Positions 14,162 through 27,263 are shown, counted from the first letter of the whole stretch. The stretch is 63,379 bases of DNA, filler included, from Choristocarpus tenellus KU-1152 (GCA_964200185.2; 17 parts of 17 records of this genome joined end to end with filler, not necessarily neighbours in it); one strand, 5' to 3'. Numbers and translations: made by a program. The notes: generated from the sequence alone by a model not told the origin.

Positions 14162-14261
14162 NNNNNNNNNNNNNNNNNNNNNNNNNNNNNNNNNNNNNNN
14201 NNNNNTTAATTAATTAANNNNNNNNNNNNNNNNNNNNNNNNNNNNNNNNNNNNNNNNNNNN
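14162..14261. other. Artificial contig-joining spacer
   Basis: Same 100-nt block. Confidence 0.98.
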
Positions 14262-14409
14262 TACACCAGGGTGTCCATTTGGAGCAAAATCAGGAAAAGT
14301 GTATGTACATTATCCATCGGACGTATGCAACCAAATCACCCAAAAATCGCGACATGAAAAATTTTACCCCAAACGGACAGTCGCCACCCCCCCTCAGGTA
14401 CTTTAAGCC
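14262..14409 (+). mobile_element. MITE family A, left end cut by the gap
   Basis: Internal tgcaaccaaatcacccaaaaatcgcgacatg and right TIR ...ctcaggtactttaagcc. Confidence 0.88.
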
Positions 14410-14419
14410 TGATCTGGTT

Positions 14420-15320
14420 GGGCTGCCTTACCTCATACTTTAAGGTGATGTGTTGTAAGTTATCAGCTATCACAGCTTCCCTGACATATCGCCTGTTTAT
14501 GAAACTCTTTGTTGTGCCATCAACGACACTCTTGTACACCTGCGTTAGTTCGTCGACCTTGATTCCATTCCTCAACCTTGATCCTAAACTTCTCAAGATA
14601 ATCTTGCAGGCACATTCACCTGTTCTTCTATCCTGTCCACCTTGCTTCCCTTTTCCACCTGCAAGTTCCAAAACATTAATACATCTTTCGGGGCGGTCCA
14701 TCCCCAATGCGAGCGACTGACTATGCAACTAGGACCCTCTGTTTTCACGCTATAGTCGACTTGATACTGCCACATCCAGCCATCACAAGGGCATCGTTGT
14801 AGGAATTTATTAGTTGGTACGTTCCCGATTTCGAGATCCAACGTAGTGTGGGAGGAAGTTGGCATGGTCAGAGTGAAGCTTCATGTTGTAGACTTGAGTG
14901 GGTGTCTACATCACACCACAACATCACAGGTCTTCTTACCTGTTCTTCTCAGTTCCCTTGGAAGGGTCAGCGTTTAACTCCTTTAATTGATATGCTTAGC
15001 ACTGCAGCAAAGAAGACGTCTACCATTCTGTACACTCTCCATCATCCATGAGGACGTATACCCTCATTTCACTATGGAACTGACGCCTGACTGAGCCAAT
15101 CTTCCTACGCACTCTCAAAATTGGCAAGAATGCCCATAGGAAATAGTGGTCGACAGAGTCACATACTTTCTGTGTAGGTCAACAATGAAAACCGTGAACA
15201 ACGGCACATGCTTTTCCCAGCCAAGGGCGGGTAAGGTATACATCATGTCCAGTCTGAAGCGCTGAGCCCGGAAACCACACTGTCATTCCCCATGGGAGTA
15301 TGTTAACCCCTGCCATCCAC
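14420..15320 (-). mobile_element. RTE-clade LINE relic (RT N-terminal motifs joined to the C-terminal region)
   Basis: QCGFR at 15268-15282, then DMMY, LFTVFI..DL...DSVD and RQFH..MRVYV. ORF 14336-14728 ELAGGKGKQGGQ...LRSLG...VVDG..F matches the RTE C-terminal GELxxGxRxxGxxxKRW pattern. Internally deleted and frameshifted. Confidence 0.72.
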
Positions 15321-15949
15321 TAACACTAATCAGCCCTTTTCTTTATCCTGATGATGGTACTTCTTGAAATATACTCGGATTACTTTCTTAGAATATACGA
15401 TGACGGTTTCAACGACACCATACACTGACTTCGATTGAAACGGTACCCACCTTGAAGCAACTTCACCCGTTCATAGCACATGAAGCAAAAAAAGCAATAG
15501 AGACAATAAAGAGGAGGATCTTACCTACACACACGAACGCTCTCTCACTGTTCCTATCTCTCTGTATATTCACATTCCACCTGTGGCTCGCCCATTTTCA
15601 GCAACCACAGAATTTGGGCAGGGCGATCTGCATGCTTTCAAAGTATAGCTCACTTTGAGCTTGAAGCATCCACCGCGTTTGTAAGAAGTAGAAGGTGAGA
15701 TACGGAGTACATGGTTGGTTGATCTGGCTAGTGTTCGAAAACGCTAAAAACGACGAGATAAGGATGTATTGAGCACCTATGAGGTAGATAAGAACAAGCA
15801 CATCTCTCTTTTCCTCCTGTACTATAGAGAACTTCATAAAGACATAATTGAGCACATTGCGAAGGGTGTGATGTTGCAAGCATATTTAGAAATATCCCGT
15901 GCTTGTAACAGTGGCTGGTTGAATATTAGAGTTCTACTGCAGTCGTTGT

Positions 15950-16780
15950 TACATCACTAGAACATACTTGAAAAAATTGGGAATATGGGTTAAGATGCGG
16001 ACTACAGAGGATGGCGATCCAGGTCACCAACAAAGGGCACGAGACTCTTCTGAAGGATCGAGTTTATGGTGCACTTTCAAGCAGATAATAGTTTATCGAA
16101 CATGTCTCTTACAGTCATAATCAACTACGCTCGATCATATATTTCTTGATGACGTCAGGAGAAGGCTTAATCGGAGCAAGCCATCCTACCCTAGACGAGA
16201 GGCAGCTTAGGCCTCTTGAATATTGAAGACTTTATACTCTTTGGCCTGACTCCCTATTCCCATGCTTGAAATACAGTTAATCCACATTCTGAGGCTGTGA
16301 CTGTAGAAGAGGGGACAAACGTTCATCCACATGAGCACGAAATCGCCCTCCAGAGTTCTAGATGCATATATACCAAAAGGGAATCACAGGGACCCTAAAT
16401 ATTCCAGAACACCCACCTCCGTAATAGGATTTTTCAATTTTTCTCTCAATTCAGCATAATAAGGAGCCATTGGAAGGTTGAATTCATACCTTTCCCTAGG
16501 AATTGCTAGTTTCGTTTACCCACAAGAGTTCCTCATCTATCTTCAAGGCAGAACTATTCCATGCATATTTTAAGCACGACAGTGCACGCCCATCAACGCT
16601 AGTGTTGTCCTAGAAACTTTGGACATATTGTACCCAAAATATTCGATTTGCTCTACTTCTACAAATTTGGTACACAAGCAGAAACGAAGGCAAAATCAAA
16701 ATCCTAAATACTGCTGCTTCTATGAGGCACTCACGGAGTAACCAACATTTAATCCAACACATGCTGATTCTTACTAGGAC
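15950..16780 (+). mobile_element. Possible eroded Gypsy integrase relic
   Basis: PGHQ...LLKDRVY(W) (HxGxxxT...YW zinc-finger region) near 16020-16070 and a weak IPExxxS core motif; many stops. Confidence 0.25.
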
Positions 16781-16835
16781 AACGTTCAGGGGACAATTGC
16801 TCTGTGATATCTATATTTTCTAGTACCAGGCTTGA

Positions 16836-16926
16836 GACTCAAAGTATCTGAGGAGGGGTGGCGACTGTCCATTGGGGGTCGATTTTTTCATGTCGCATTT
16901 TTTGGGTGATTTGGTTGCATACGTCG
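16836..16926 (-). mobile_element. MITE family A, cut by the gap
   Basis: gactcaaagtatctgaggaggggtggcgactgtccatt...gatttggttgcat. Confidence 0.88.
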
Positions 16927-17026
16927 NNNNNNNNNNNNNNNNNNNNNNNNNNNNNNNNNNNNNNNNNNNNTTAATTAATTAANNNNNNNNNNNNNNNNNN
17001 NNNNNNNNNNNNNNNNNNNNNNNNNN
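16927..17026. other. Artificial contig-joining spacer
   Basis: Same 100-nt block. Confidence 0.98.
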
Positions 17027-17319
17027 TATCGTTTGTTGCGATCTGCCCCCCCCTCCCCACCCTGTCAGACACGCCGATCTGCATTTATCTATTTTCTCTG
17101 TGAATATATTACATCCTGTGTTGTGTAGAGGTACACTTGGTGGAGAAGTGGGCTTGATGTCTTAGAAGGGGGTGATGCCAGCCAGGAAAATAATAATCAA
17201 CATATGAGACGGACCTGATGGTTATGATGTGAAGATTAATAGAAACACGAAGAAACAAACTGCAATTAAATATGTGGGACAATTCGAGCGTATGTTTGAC
17301 AGTTGTTCATTGCTCTATT

Positions 17320-17536
17320 CTTCCTATGCACCATGATGTTCTAACAGTAATTGATGATGCCATGATGAGGTGCTAATGAAGTAAGTGTGACTAACGATCA
17401 GTATGAAGTGGTGATAGTATATATCGTATCAACTACACAAAAGATGAGCAATCTATTTCGACTGTTCTATACTTCCTATCAACCATTATGTTCCAACAGT
17501 AGTTGATGATGCTATGATGAGGTGAGGTGCTAATGA
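17320..17536. repeat. Imperfect ~62-bp direct repeat pair (17320-17380 and 17472-17536)
   Basis: cttcctatgcaccatgatgttctaacagtaattgatgatgccatgatgaggtgctaatga vs cttcctatcaaccattatgttccaacagtagttgatgatgctatgatgaggtgaggtgctaatga. Confidence 0.8.
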
Positions 17537-17949
17537 TGTGTATAGAGTAATCGAATGGGAGGGGGGAAACAACTACAGAATTATGAAGGAAAGAGTAAGT
17601 CGAATCCAAGAGAAAAATAATCTTCTAGACTTGCAAGGAAAAAGTAATCGGATGTGTATCATGAGGGCAACATAAATAAATTCTAAGTAGTACAAAGAAA
17701 CACCTGACAAAGAGTAAATCTAGTGTGGGGGAGAAGAAGTCGAAATCGATGGTCTTCAGAGTGTACCCCTACACAACAGCATGTAATATATTCACAGTTA
17801 AAATATCCTCAAAAATCTTTCTTCACAGGGTGCCAACCCTCTACTCTGAGCATGTACTTCTTCCTTTGAGCGTTTCCATAAATAACCACAACCTTCACCA
17901 AATAACCTCTGACTATGCACATTCTGTCACTAGGTTAATGAGCCAGAGT

Positions 17950-19935
17950 TCACCGGTGCTTCATTGCACTATGGCACCCCTTCACCACGATCAACCTACC
18001 ACAGTACAAGAGCACGGTTCATTCAATCCCAGGTTTCAAAACCTGACCCTAGACCCTGCTCCTGCAATGGACGTGTGGACAAGAATGTTAAAGGTTAGAT
18101 TGGATCTTATCCTTATCCGACCTAGAAAATACCATCTGCCAATCTGTTCTCATCCCACTGTAGATGTTCGCCTACAAACGTCCATCCTCCTGCAATCTTT
18201 AGCACTCCCATTACCCTCATCAACCCTCCTCTGCTCCTATCTCTCGCCCTCCCCCCACTTTGCAGCCAATAATGCACCACTGCCTTGCTGTCCCCCCTTA
18301 GTAGAACTGGGTCTCCTTTCTTCTGTGCCTTAACTCTTCCCTTCACTACTGCTAGCCATGCATTCAATACCAATCCCAGCATTTATGTTACAGGCGCCCC
18401 TCGGAACTCACCTCCACAGGATGTACAACTCAAATCCAACGACCTTTAAGCGACGCTATGGGGGCGTTGCCTTTTACAACGGTTTGTAGGGTGCCATATA
18501 GTCTTCTCTTGATACTCCACTCAGTGCTTAGCTCAAAGCTTGACTCAATGTTTCGTTCAAAATATAAAAACTGGTGCGTAAGGGGAGTAAAAGTGTTTCC
18601 ACTAGAAGTCCTCTTCTTATTTTCATCATCCACCCAATTCCTTTGGTCTTCTATCAACTGCTCTATAGGTACTCCAATCATAAACCTTTATTCTTCAACT
18701 TCTTAGTGACTTTGACATTTTCTGCTGTAATGTTACGTAGGTATTCCGAATCTTACTCTGCATCTTCTACGAAATCATCATTTATTCTGTAAGGCTACTT
18801 ATGTCTGACTAATAAAGTATATAGTTTGTACCTGTCAGAACTCGAGAAACAATCCACACACTATACGTCTGTCACAAATGTTCGTATTTCCTAAAACATG
18901 AGAAAATGCTAGCGCTATTCGCGTGTAACATTTACAGTATATCGATTGAGATATCACTCCCTCCCCCAACTGCACTTAGTACAATGTCTCTCCTTAAGAT
19001 TGCAGGGAAATAACACCTCCACCGCTTACCTGCCTCTACATTATATCCCCCTACAACTGTAGAACAAGCATCTGAGTACCAAGTCGACACTCGTGGTCAG
19101 CTAAGGCTCAAAGTATCTGTGGGGGGGGTGGCGGCTGTATATTTGGGGCCCATTGTTCTATGTCGCGGGTTATGGGTGATTTGGTTGCATTCATCAGATG
19201 GATAATGTAAGTGCACTTCTCCTGGTCAGGGCCCAAATGGACACCCTGGTATAGACCCCCCCCACCTCTCCAGATACTTTGAGCCAACCATACTCATATG
19301 GAGTGGACTCAAATTGTCCCCTTCCTCTACTAGCCCCCACTCTACTACCCGCCTCCACCCATACACGTCCTTCCTTCAATTCCTTTCCTATCCTGACTTA
19401 TCTATCCCCTTCCCTTTCTTCTGCACTCTGTTCCTTTTGGCCCCTTACTTGAGATATCCTTTCCAGTCAACCCCTTTTCTGGTGTATCCCTGACAGGTGT
19501 ACCAGTCGCCGAAGAAGAAAATGGCATGGGCAAATAAAGTAAGACATTGGAAAAATATTTCCGATCAACACCGATATATCCCGTACTCAGGCTGCTACAT
19601 CCCTCCACTCAGGGCACCTTACTAGTAGCTCTTTCAATGCGGTTGATTTCCTCTGGCAACACAATCGTCACAGCCTCAGTACCACTCTTCTACCCTACTA
19701 CCACCTATTCTGTACCCCAGCCCGTCCACTTCTTGGCTGAGAGAAATCGAAGATCCACCCCCCTGTCCTAGAGCCTAACAAGTGGGCATGATCCAACACT
19801 AACGAGTCAGTCACCAGTTGCAGTCTCCTCCCATCACAAATCATTGAACTTCTATGAGAATGCAGTCGCCTGCATACATTCTAGCAAAAAACGGATCCTC
19901 TGCTCCCCCTACCATTTCTCTAGCCGTCCATGTAT
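17950..19935 (-). mobile_element. DIRS/Ngaro-type retrotransposon relic: RT plus RNase H
   Basis: EDPFFARMYAGDCILIEVQ (decayed YxDD, ~19845-19900) and LSAKKWTGW. ORF 18122-18382 VLLRGDSKAVVHYW...FVGEHLQWDENRLADGI matches the DIRS RNase H DN...H.xG..N..AD.+SR pattern. Interrupted by a MITE at 19105. Confidence 0.75.
19105..19285 (-). mobile_element. MITE family A, full-length
   Basis: GGCTCAAAGTATCTG ... CAGATACTTTGAGCC, a perfect 15-bp TIR. Confidence 0.92.
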
Positions 19936-19937
19936 CA

Positions 19938-19958
19938 GGGTCAAAGTATCTGGGGGGG
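19938..19958. mobile_element. MITE family A TIR, cut by the gap
   Basis: gggtcaaagtatctggggggg at the contig end. Confidence 0.7.
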
Positions 19959-20058
19959 NNNNNNNNNNNNNNNNNNNNNNNNNNNNNNNNNNNNNNNNNN
20001 NNTTAATTAATTAANNNNNNNNNNNNNNNNNNNNNNNNNNNNNNNNNNNNNNNNNNNN
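19959..20058. other. Artificial contig-joining spacer
   Basis: Same 100-nt block. Confidence 0.98.
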
Positions 20059-21166
20059 GGGGGGGGCAGGGGGCTGACTGTGTGTAGGTACCCAATAAAT
20101 AACAAGAGTCCACCCAAGATTTTTCCTCATTTTTTTTTTTAAGAATAGTGCGTTGTTGCTATTTCAATGTATCAAGATCCACTTTGTTCAAAGACGAATT
20201 TCCACTACATCTTTAGGTACCCAAGATACTCTGAAAAAAAAAATCGGTTTGATGACAATAAAAAATAGTGTGCTGATGTACCAATAAATTACCCCCTTCC
20301 AAAATTTCTCAACAAACTCTGGTCATGTATTTCACATTTTTATTTTTTTCTCAGAAAGGCGTTTCCGCTCTTCCATGATTTGCCAACATATGTCTTGATG
20401 GTATGCAGTTCTAATTTTGTTGTTGATTGTTTTTTTCCCTGATCACTACTTGCAACCTATTTTTTAATTTTTAATATTTTATTTCCTCCTGATATTACTT
20501 TCTTGCAGCTTTGTAGAAGAAGCTGCTGATGTTTCCTCAAGACTTTGTGTATATATGGATGAATGACTTGATTAATTCCTTATTGGGTTGGACAGGTTTG
20601 TAGATGAAGGAGAAAGAATGAGTGGATGTTCAAGTCAAAGACGGGGGGGTGGGGGAATTGTTCTTTCCACCAAATCATTATTATAATCGGTAGTCATATA
20701 ATGCTTCTTACAATATTTCCTACTACTCCTAAACTGTTCCATATTCTAGTTCATTCACCCGCACCTTTCTATTCTTCAGAACACAAACATGGTCTCTTCC
20801 ACCATCAAAATTGTTTCTCTTACAGAATTTTCTTTTTCACATGAATAGAAGGAATATTCTTGACACGCCTGGTATTCAAATAGTAAGCGAAAACATGTAA
20901 GGAAAATAATAATAAGAGGGTGATCGAAATTGAAATATTTTTTTATTTTTTAGGTGAAGAAGGTATTCTTGACTCTTTTTGTACTACTTTATTCCTTTGT
21001 TTTTATTGTTCCTGAAATGGAAAAAAAAAAAGTAAAAAAAAAAAATCTCCCTCGGAGGGTGGCCCCACCTGCGGGAAAAAAAAATTCCTACCCTTTTGTT
21101 TTGTTTTGTTTTTAAGATCAATTACAATAGACTCATTATTTGTTGGTACACGTCCTTCCTTGTCAG

Positions 21167-21294
21167 ATGAGCGCTGCTCTTCTGTCTAGGTTTGACCTGG
21201 TGTTCATCCTGTTGGACCGTCCTGACCAAGACCACGACAGACGACTCTCGGAACACATCATGCACATGCACAAGGTGGCAGGGCAGCCCCCAGG
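21167..21294 (+). CDS. MCM8: MCM8 helicase, internal exon with the arginine finger
   Basis: tgtcag|[35 protein letters not shown]...|gtgagc. SRFD is the MCM arginine finger, and the [23 protein letters not shown] context is typical of MCM8. Not in the ORF track. Confidence 0.88.
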
Positions 21295-21563
21295 GTGAGC
21301 CAAAATAAAACAAAATATATATATATATATGTATGTATGTATACACTTGTTTTTTTTTAATTTCAGTAATGTTTTTGCAGAAAAGTGAAAGTATTTTTTG
21401 TTTAGTTATGTAGTTAGAGTGGGTCAGTTACTGCGATCACACGCAAAAAGTGGGTATGTAAAAATAATAAATAATAAATAAAAAAACGAATTAATGAACA
21501 AGAAGTTGAAAACGGGAGGGCGGATGTGTGTGTGTGTGTGTCCTTTTTTATTTTTGGGGGGTG

Positions 21564-21590
21564 TTAGGGTTAGGGTTAGGGTTAGGGTTA
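21564..21590 (+). repeat. Interstitial telomere-type repeat (TTAGGG)4, intronic
   Basis: Read directly. Confidence 0.9.
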
Positions 21591-23431
21591 AAGGGGTGGC
21601 TTCTCGTTATTAAGTATTTTCAGGTCCATTCACCGGGTTGGGTTGGACGAATTTCAATGTTCTGGTACACAACCGACCCAGTCTGGTTACAACATTTATT
21701 GCAGGTTCGAAACAGGTCCGCCCAAGTACCTTTATGGTCCGGTCTGTGTACCAACCAAGTTCCAATACTTTTTAGTAGGATTACGGACCAAGGACTAAAA
21801 AGAAAGTAAGTATTAGCCAGCTAGTAGGTAAGTATGTAAGTAAGTAAGTAAGTGATTGAGTGAGTGAGTGAGTAAAGAAATTACTGGATTCAGCGCCCAG
21901 AGATTTTTTCTTCTTGTTCTTTTTAACAAGAACTGACATGTGGCTGATTTCTAAGAGATTGTGATAATTCCCACATGTGCTTGGGACGATTTGGGGGTCG
22001 GCCCTATTTATTTTGATCATCTGGGTCACAGCCATGGCCCGGACCGCAATCATGGTTACTGCGATCATGGTCCAGTGAAAGGTCCTGGCGTTTTCACATT
22101 TTCCTCTGCAGTCTTTGTGGTTCTTACTGAGAGGTACGCACTCAACTGAAAGTACTTGAAACACTATAGATATGGGTTTTGATTTTTGAACTACTTAGAG
22201 GAGTACCAAGTTTTCGCAAGTGTATTTCTGTATTGGGATGAGTGTGTGTGTGTGTGTGCGTGTGTGTGTGTGTTTTTTTATTGTTATCGATTTGTTAACA
22301 AGGGGTAGGGTTAGGGTTTTGACAAGTTTGGTGGGATTTGTGTGTAGTGTTAGAGTGATCGTTGAGGCAGAGAAAATAAAAAACAAAAAAATATTTTTTG
22401 TTATTTTTTTATTAAATCTACTGGCAGGAAGAAGTGAGACTTGACATATTGTGATATCTTTTTTTTTTTAATCTTCTGCAGTTTGTTGAGGTTTTTTTTT
22501 TTCCCCTCGTATCTGGCCTGTTAGACTCTCCCATGACACCCCAAATAAAAAAATATTTGAAATGGAAAAGGAAAAAATTATGAGAAGGAGATAGTAGGAA
22601 ATAGTAGTGGTACTTTCTTACACCTGTATGATGCCCCGTCCTTCAAGGTTGAGGACAATCAATTTGGGGTTTTTTATGGATGATAAAGACGTCGGTCCCT
22701 TGCTAAGAAAGGTGATGAGTACAATTGTCTCTTGTCTCAATCAATAGCCAATAGCCATACTTTTTTTGTTAAGAGTGTGTTGCCAACAATACTGAGTGTG
22801 TGAGTGAGGCCCCGGTAGAGAAGGGGAGGAGGCGTGGGGGGGGGAGTATGGCGGGGAGAGAGTGTGCAGCAGGTTTATTGTTTTACTGTGCATTCTATTG
22901 GCTCAATAAAACAAATTAATTTGAAATAATACTCTAACGAAATGGCTTCTACTATTGGTGTACAAATGAAAAAATTATTAGTGTGTCCACTATCTATGAT
23001 AGTGTGTAATATATTTTTGTATCGTGATACCCCCCCCCCCCCTCGATATTAGGCTAGGTTAGGGTATACCTTGCTCTGCCTTTTACTACTGAGATTGTGG
23101 TGGTCCAAGACAGACTGAGTCAAAGAATCAAAGCATCTTTTTCTGATGAAACCATGGGGGGGGGGGTATGTATGTCTGGACCTTGAGTGTGACAGGTGGA
23201 GTATATCCTAATCACTTCGAGGACACAAAGGTATTCACACATCAAGAGACAGACAGAAGTGGAGGGACCTCCTTCAGAATCTCCTCAACCTTTCCGGGTC
23301 CTTGACCACTGGAGTGTGCCGAAATTCAGTCTGTAGTTGATGGCTAGGACTTCCATTGTGTAGAACCTCGGCAGTGCCAAACTCCAACCCCCAGCAGACG
23401 AGTGTCAATCTAAGGTATACCTCTTTTCTTC

Positions 23432-23466
<35 letters not shown>

Positions 23467-24131
23467 TGGCAGGGGTGATTTAGATAAGTTACATACGTGT
23501 GTGATCTGTGTGTAGTGCAATATTGACATTAATACACTCTTGGTTCTGGTTTCGATTCATTCTGAACCCCTGAAACAGCAATATATATATATATATTTTT
23601 AACTAAAAAAAAAAGAAGCAAAAAAACTTTTTTTTGGTTTCAAGTGTGTAGGTACAGTGCAGCAAGTGACAAGATTGTTACAAAAGGTTGAAGTTTTTTT
23701 TTTAATTGAAACAAACGTCCTGTTCGTGCAGTGTTTTGAAACAAGAAAATAATAATTAGAATAATAAGTTGTTATTCACCTACAGTAGTTTGGTGTACTT
23801 TACAAAAACCAAAACATTTGCAGGGGTTGTTTGAATAGAGGCGTTTGCGATCCACCGAGCTCTGCAGACAAAAAAATAATATATGTTCACAATAGGACGC
23901 ATCCACAAAAAAAAAAAAAGAATTACCCCCCTCGATTTTATGTTTTGATGAATCACACAACATTATTACTATTATTAATCCAATCAAATGTAAGATTCTC
24001 AACACTATGTCAATGCCTGCAGTATCTCCCTCCATCCAGAGGTGTGGTGCCCCCCTCTTCTCATTGGTTGAATTTTTTACTGAAAGCTATTCTATTGGCC
24101 CTGAGTGCCAATTTCCACGCCACTCTTCCAG

Positions 24132-24327
24132 GACTGATAATTTATCCCGGCAGCAGCAGGGCAAGCAGTGGCAAGGGCCTTGGCCTCCCCCTGGGGCAAC
24201 GGAGAGGGCAAGGGGTGCAGACTGGAGCGAGGCAAGAGAGGGGGAGGGGGAAGGGGGGTTGAAGACGCTCTCACAACGGTTGAGAGCTTCTGGGTCTGTT
24301 TATAGGGCTGATCCTCTGCCCACCGAG
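24132..24327 (+). CDS. MCM8: MCM8 helicase, next exon
   Basis: ttccag| acceptor in phase 2, matching the 21294 donor. Ends ...TLSQRLRASGSVYRADPLPTE|gtgagg, matching the MCM8 LSERLK...DP(I/L)P segment before LLRKYI. Confidence 0.75.
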
Positions 24328-24849
24328 GTGAGGGTAGATGAAATGAATTGAAAGTAACATGAGCAGTAATGAGGGAGCCTCAACTATGGTGTTAGGCCAA
24401 TGGGATGCCTCACTACTATTGTTTTTTGTTTGTGTTTTGGCATTTCAAGGCATGGTCGACGGAGTGCAGTGGGGAAGATTAAAAAATAAAAAATAAACAT
24501 GGGGGTGCATTGCATCTTGGTGGATGATTTTTTTTTTAATATATATGTGTATGTATATATATATTTTATGAGTGTGATGTGATATGCTACTGTGTGATCA
24601 GTTGTGGTGTGAGAACTATTTTTGGGGGAATAACTTTAAACAAGTGTAGAATGTGTTGAGAAGATCTTGTGTTGCCCCTTGATATTGATTTTTCTTCTGA
24701 AGCAATACCTTTGATATGTGGTGATCTCATTAAAATGAAAAAGAGTTGAAATCACAAAAAAAAAAAAAAAAAGTTGTGAACTTTATGTGCGGGGAGGTCG
24801 ATGTTCTGGGTGTTTATACGCAATTACCATTAATATTTTATTTTATGTT

Positions 24850-24949
24850 NNNNNNNNNNNNNNNNNNNNNNNNNNNNNNNNNNNNNNNNNNNNTTAATTA
24901 ATTAANNNNNNNNNNNNNNNNNNNNNNNNNNNNNNNNNNNNNNNNNNNN
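24850..24949. other. Artificial contig-joining spacer
   Basis: Same 100-nt block. Confidence 0.98.
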
Positions 24950-24992
24950 CCCCATACCCCCAAACTTCGCCTGATGCATGTGTGCGACTCAC

Positions 24993-25144
24993 CTCTTCTT
25001 GAGGTAGGGAAACTGCCCCACGAACACATCAAGATCAGGGATGTATGCTTCTGTGACACCTGTCAGTCTCTCAAACCCCCTTGACATGCTGAACACCACC
25101 ACCTCACAGCGCATGCCCCTCCTTACACCCACATACTCAGGGAT
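24993..25144 (-). CDS. Exon 4 of the same gene (continues beyond the contig)
   Basis: aag| phase 0; IPEYVGVRRGMRCEVVVFS...VTEAYIPDLDVFVGQFPYLKK|gtgagt. Resembles the Y..IRRG..E..V.S...DxYIP...WV..YPYL C-terminus of cyanobacterial proteins often loosely labelled phosphate ABC transporter permease. Confidence 0.75.
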
Positions 25145-25721
25145 CTTCACATGGCAGGTGCAAAAGATATGGCAAAGGGAGAGTGAGGTGGGCACTAGGA
25201 TTACAGGGTATAAAACAGGGCTTAGAGGTACATTGGCCGAGCTACACTAGTCAAAGGGGATTGGCAAGTTGATCTAGGCAGTGTTATGTACCCAAAGGTG
25301 CATCCTCTAGACAGTATGTTCACTAGCCATATTGGGATCAGATCCAGCCACATAAGGGGAAAGCAACACTACACCTCAGGGCATTGTATTGACCATACCA
25401 ATAAACTCTTACACACACACAGAGAGAGACAGCAGTGCTGAAACAAAGTCAAGCCGGTCCATATCCAACACAAACATTTAATCCACACTGAAGAGTACCA
25501 TAAAAGAACACAAAGCAGCCTGCCATGCCCCAAGATATATAATTATGAAATGGAGTGCACTTTTGACATTTCAACCTGTAACCAAAACCACCCCCCCTAA
25601 ATAAAACCAAGCACAAGAGCAACCCCCCCCTCAAAAAAAAACAAAACACTGCCCTCCCCCCAAGGCCAGGCATGTTCCCAAAACGATACAGAAACAGGGG
25701 TTTCGAGGGTTCTCCTTGCAC

Positions 25722-25833
25722 CTTTGGGACGTCAAACAACAGCTCACGCCCATCTTCATCCTCCACCAACATTTTGAAGTGCATGTGGTGCTCAGGTGCC
25801 TCAGCCACCAGCGAGTCCCCAGTCTTAACCACC
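25722..25833 (-). CDS. Exon 3 of the same gene
   Basis: tgcag| phase 2; VVKTGDSLVAEAPEHHMHFKMLVEDEDGRELLFDVPK|gtgcaa. Confidence 0.72.
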
Positions 25834-25889
25834 CTGCAGCAGGGGCAAAACCTCATGGATCAGTTACTCGTTTTCTTGTGCATGCAAGT

Positions 25890-27000
25890 TTGCTTCAAAC
25901 TTGATCGTTCTTCATGTATGTGCACAGAAAAGATACTGTCATTACAGTGCCTTGTCATGTTGTAGTGTGCTTGACAATGCAAACACTGTGCACAACGCCT
26001 TTGTGGCGATCATCTGAGCAAGGTCTTGCCATTTTGTCTCGTTGCTGATTCAAGGTACTGTGTTCTCCTCTCCTTGAGACTCAAAGCGTTTGCCCTCATG
26101 TACCACCCTCGAATGGCGTGGATGTGCACAGGTTCATCGTATCCTTGGTTACTTAGGCATCACAACATTTAGAGGTCCCAACATGGAAAAATGCTACTGG
26201 ATAAATTGTGATTCACATAATCTTCCTTTCGGATCATTACCTACCTCACTACAGATGAACTCCTGTACCATGATGGCAACCACTTCCACTAATCCAAACC
26301 TTAATTCTGGAAGTCAAGGGAGGGGAACAGGACACAACAGTCCCCTACATGATGTGCTGGCTACGACTTTCATATAAACCAATGCAAGCAAGGTCAGCTT
26401 GCATATATACAGCAAAAACAACAAGATAACGCCTGAATTTATCCAAATGGCAGAAAGTGCATAGTACATTCAAAACTTGATGAGAATACGAGTATTCAAC
26501 ACCAGCAATCGAATCAACTCAAAAAGTGAACATAGCGTTGGTTGCATCAAGTCCAAATTGCTTTCTCAACCTCTTCAGGAACACTCCACCTTGTGCAATG
26601 ATGGTTTGAAATAGATAAGCTTTCAGTGTATCACGACCAATCACACGAGTGTATGCATACCATCAGGACCCTGCAGTCCCACACTCAACAATTGTTTAAG
26701 ATCAAGGGTTCACCATCAAGTGGGTTGGGAGTAACCTTGTGGAGAGAACAAAAATCCCCAAATTGAATAATTACAGTAGAAGATAATCTACTGCTTACTA
26801 CCTAAAATTTATCAATATTATTGCCATTCCCATGTAGAGTCCGGCTCGAGGTTTGTCTGGAAAAAAACGCTACAGGAAAATGAAGCGGCAAAAATTGGTG
26901 CTGACCAGCCTCCACAATGTTTCGGAGCATGACCACCTGAGTGGCAAACCCCCACAGTATGTTCTCCTCTTCATCTTGGTTCAAATGCAAAAAATACAGA
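25890..27000 (-). mobile_element. MULE (Mutator-like) transposase relic inside intron 2
   Basis: In order on the minus strand: YLFQT...FGLDAT (first Asp, 26540-26554), YPVAFF (~26190), DRHKGVVHSV (second Asp, SDRxKGL..AV, 25997-26011) and YLFCAH (CxxH). Frameshifted. Confidence 0.62.
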
Positions 27001-27028
27001 CCGCAAGGATTCTTAATCCCTCACTTAC

Positions 27029-27263
27029 CTGCCGCTGAACAGTGCTCCCTTAGTCCTCTGCTTCCCAGCATACCCACCCCAGAGGTCAGATATTTTGTCG
27101 TAGGCAGCCATGGTTGGACCCATAGCAACCTGGAGGAGAAGAGCGATGAAACAGAAGCTCCAAGCTGTTGGTCCCAAGATTGTGCGGCTTGCAAAGAAGC
27201 CTGCCCACATCCAGAGGAATCCTGCTCCAATGGCCTCCAAAATAGTGCCCTGCCGTTCTTCTC
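27029..27263 (-). CDS. Exon 2 of the same gene (two hydrophobic segments)
   Basis: cag| phase 1 matches exon 1; ...LEAIGAGFLWMWAGFF...IALLLQVAMGPTMAAY...GALFSGR|gtaagt. Confidence 0.75.

Noticed and set aside
21620-22090. Clusters of GGACC/GGTCC and ATCATGG motifs suggesting another small element (similar at 560-960)
   Set aside because: No termini, TSD or alignable second copy could be defined by eye.
26600-26665. Crypton tyrosine-recombinase motif (WY...IGRDTL)
   Set aside because: No HSLR motif follows, and the surrounding GLDAT, PVAF, DRHKG and CxxH motifs fit MULE better.
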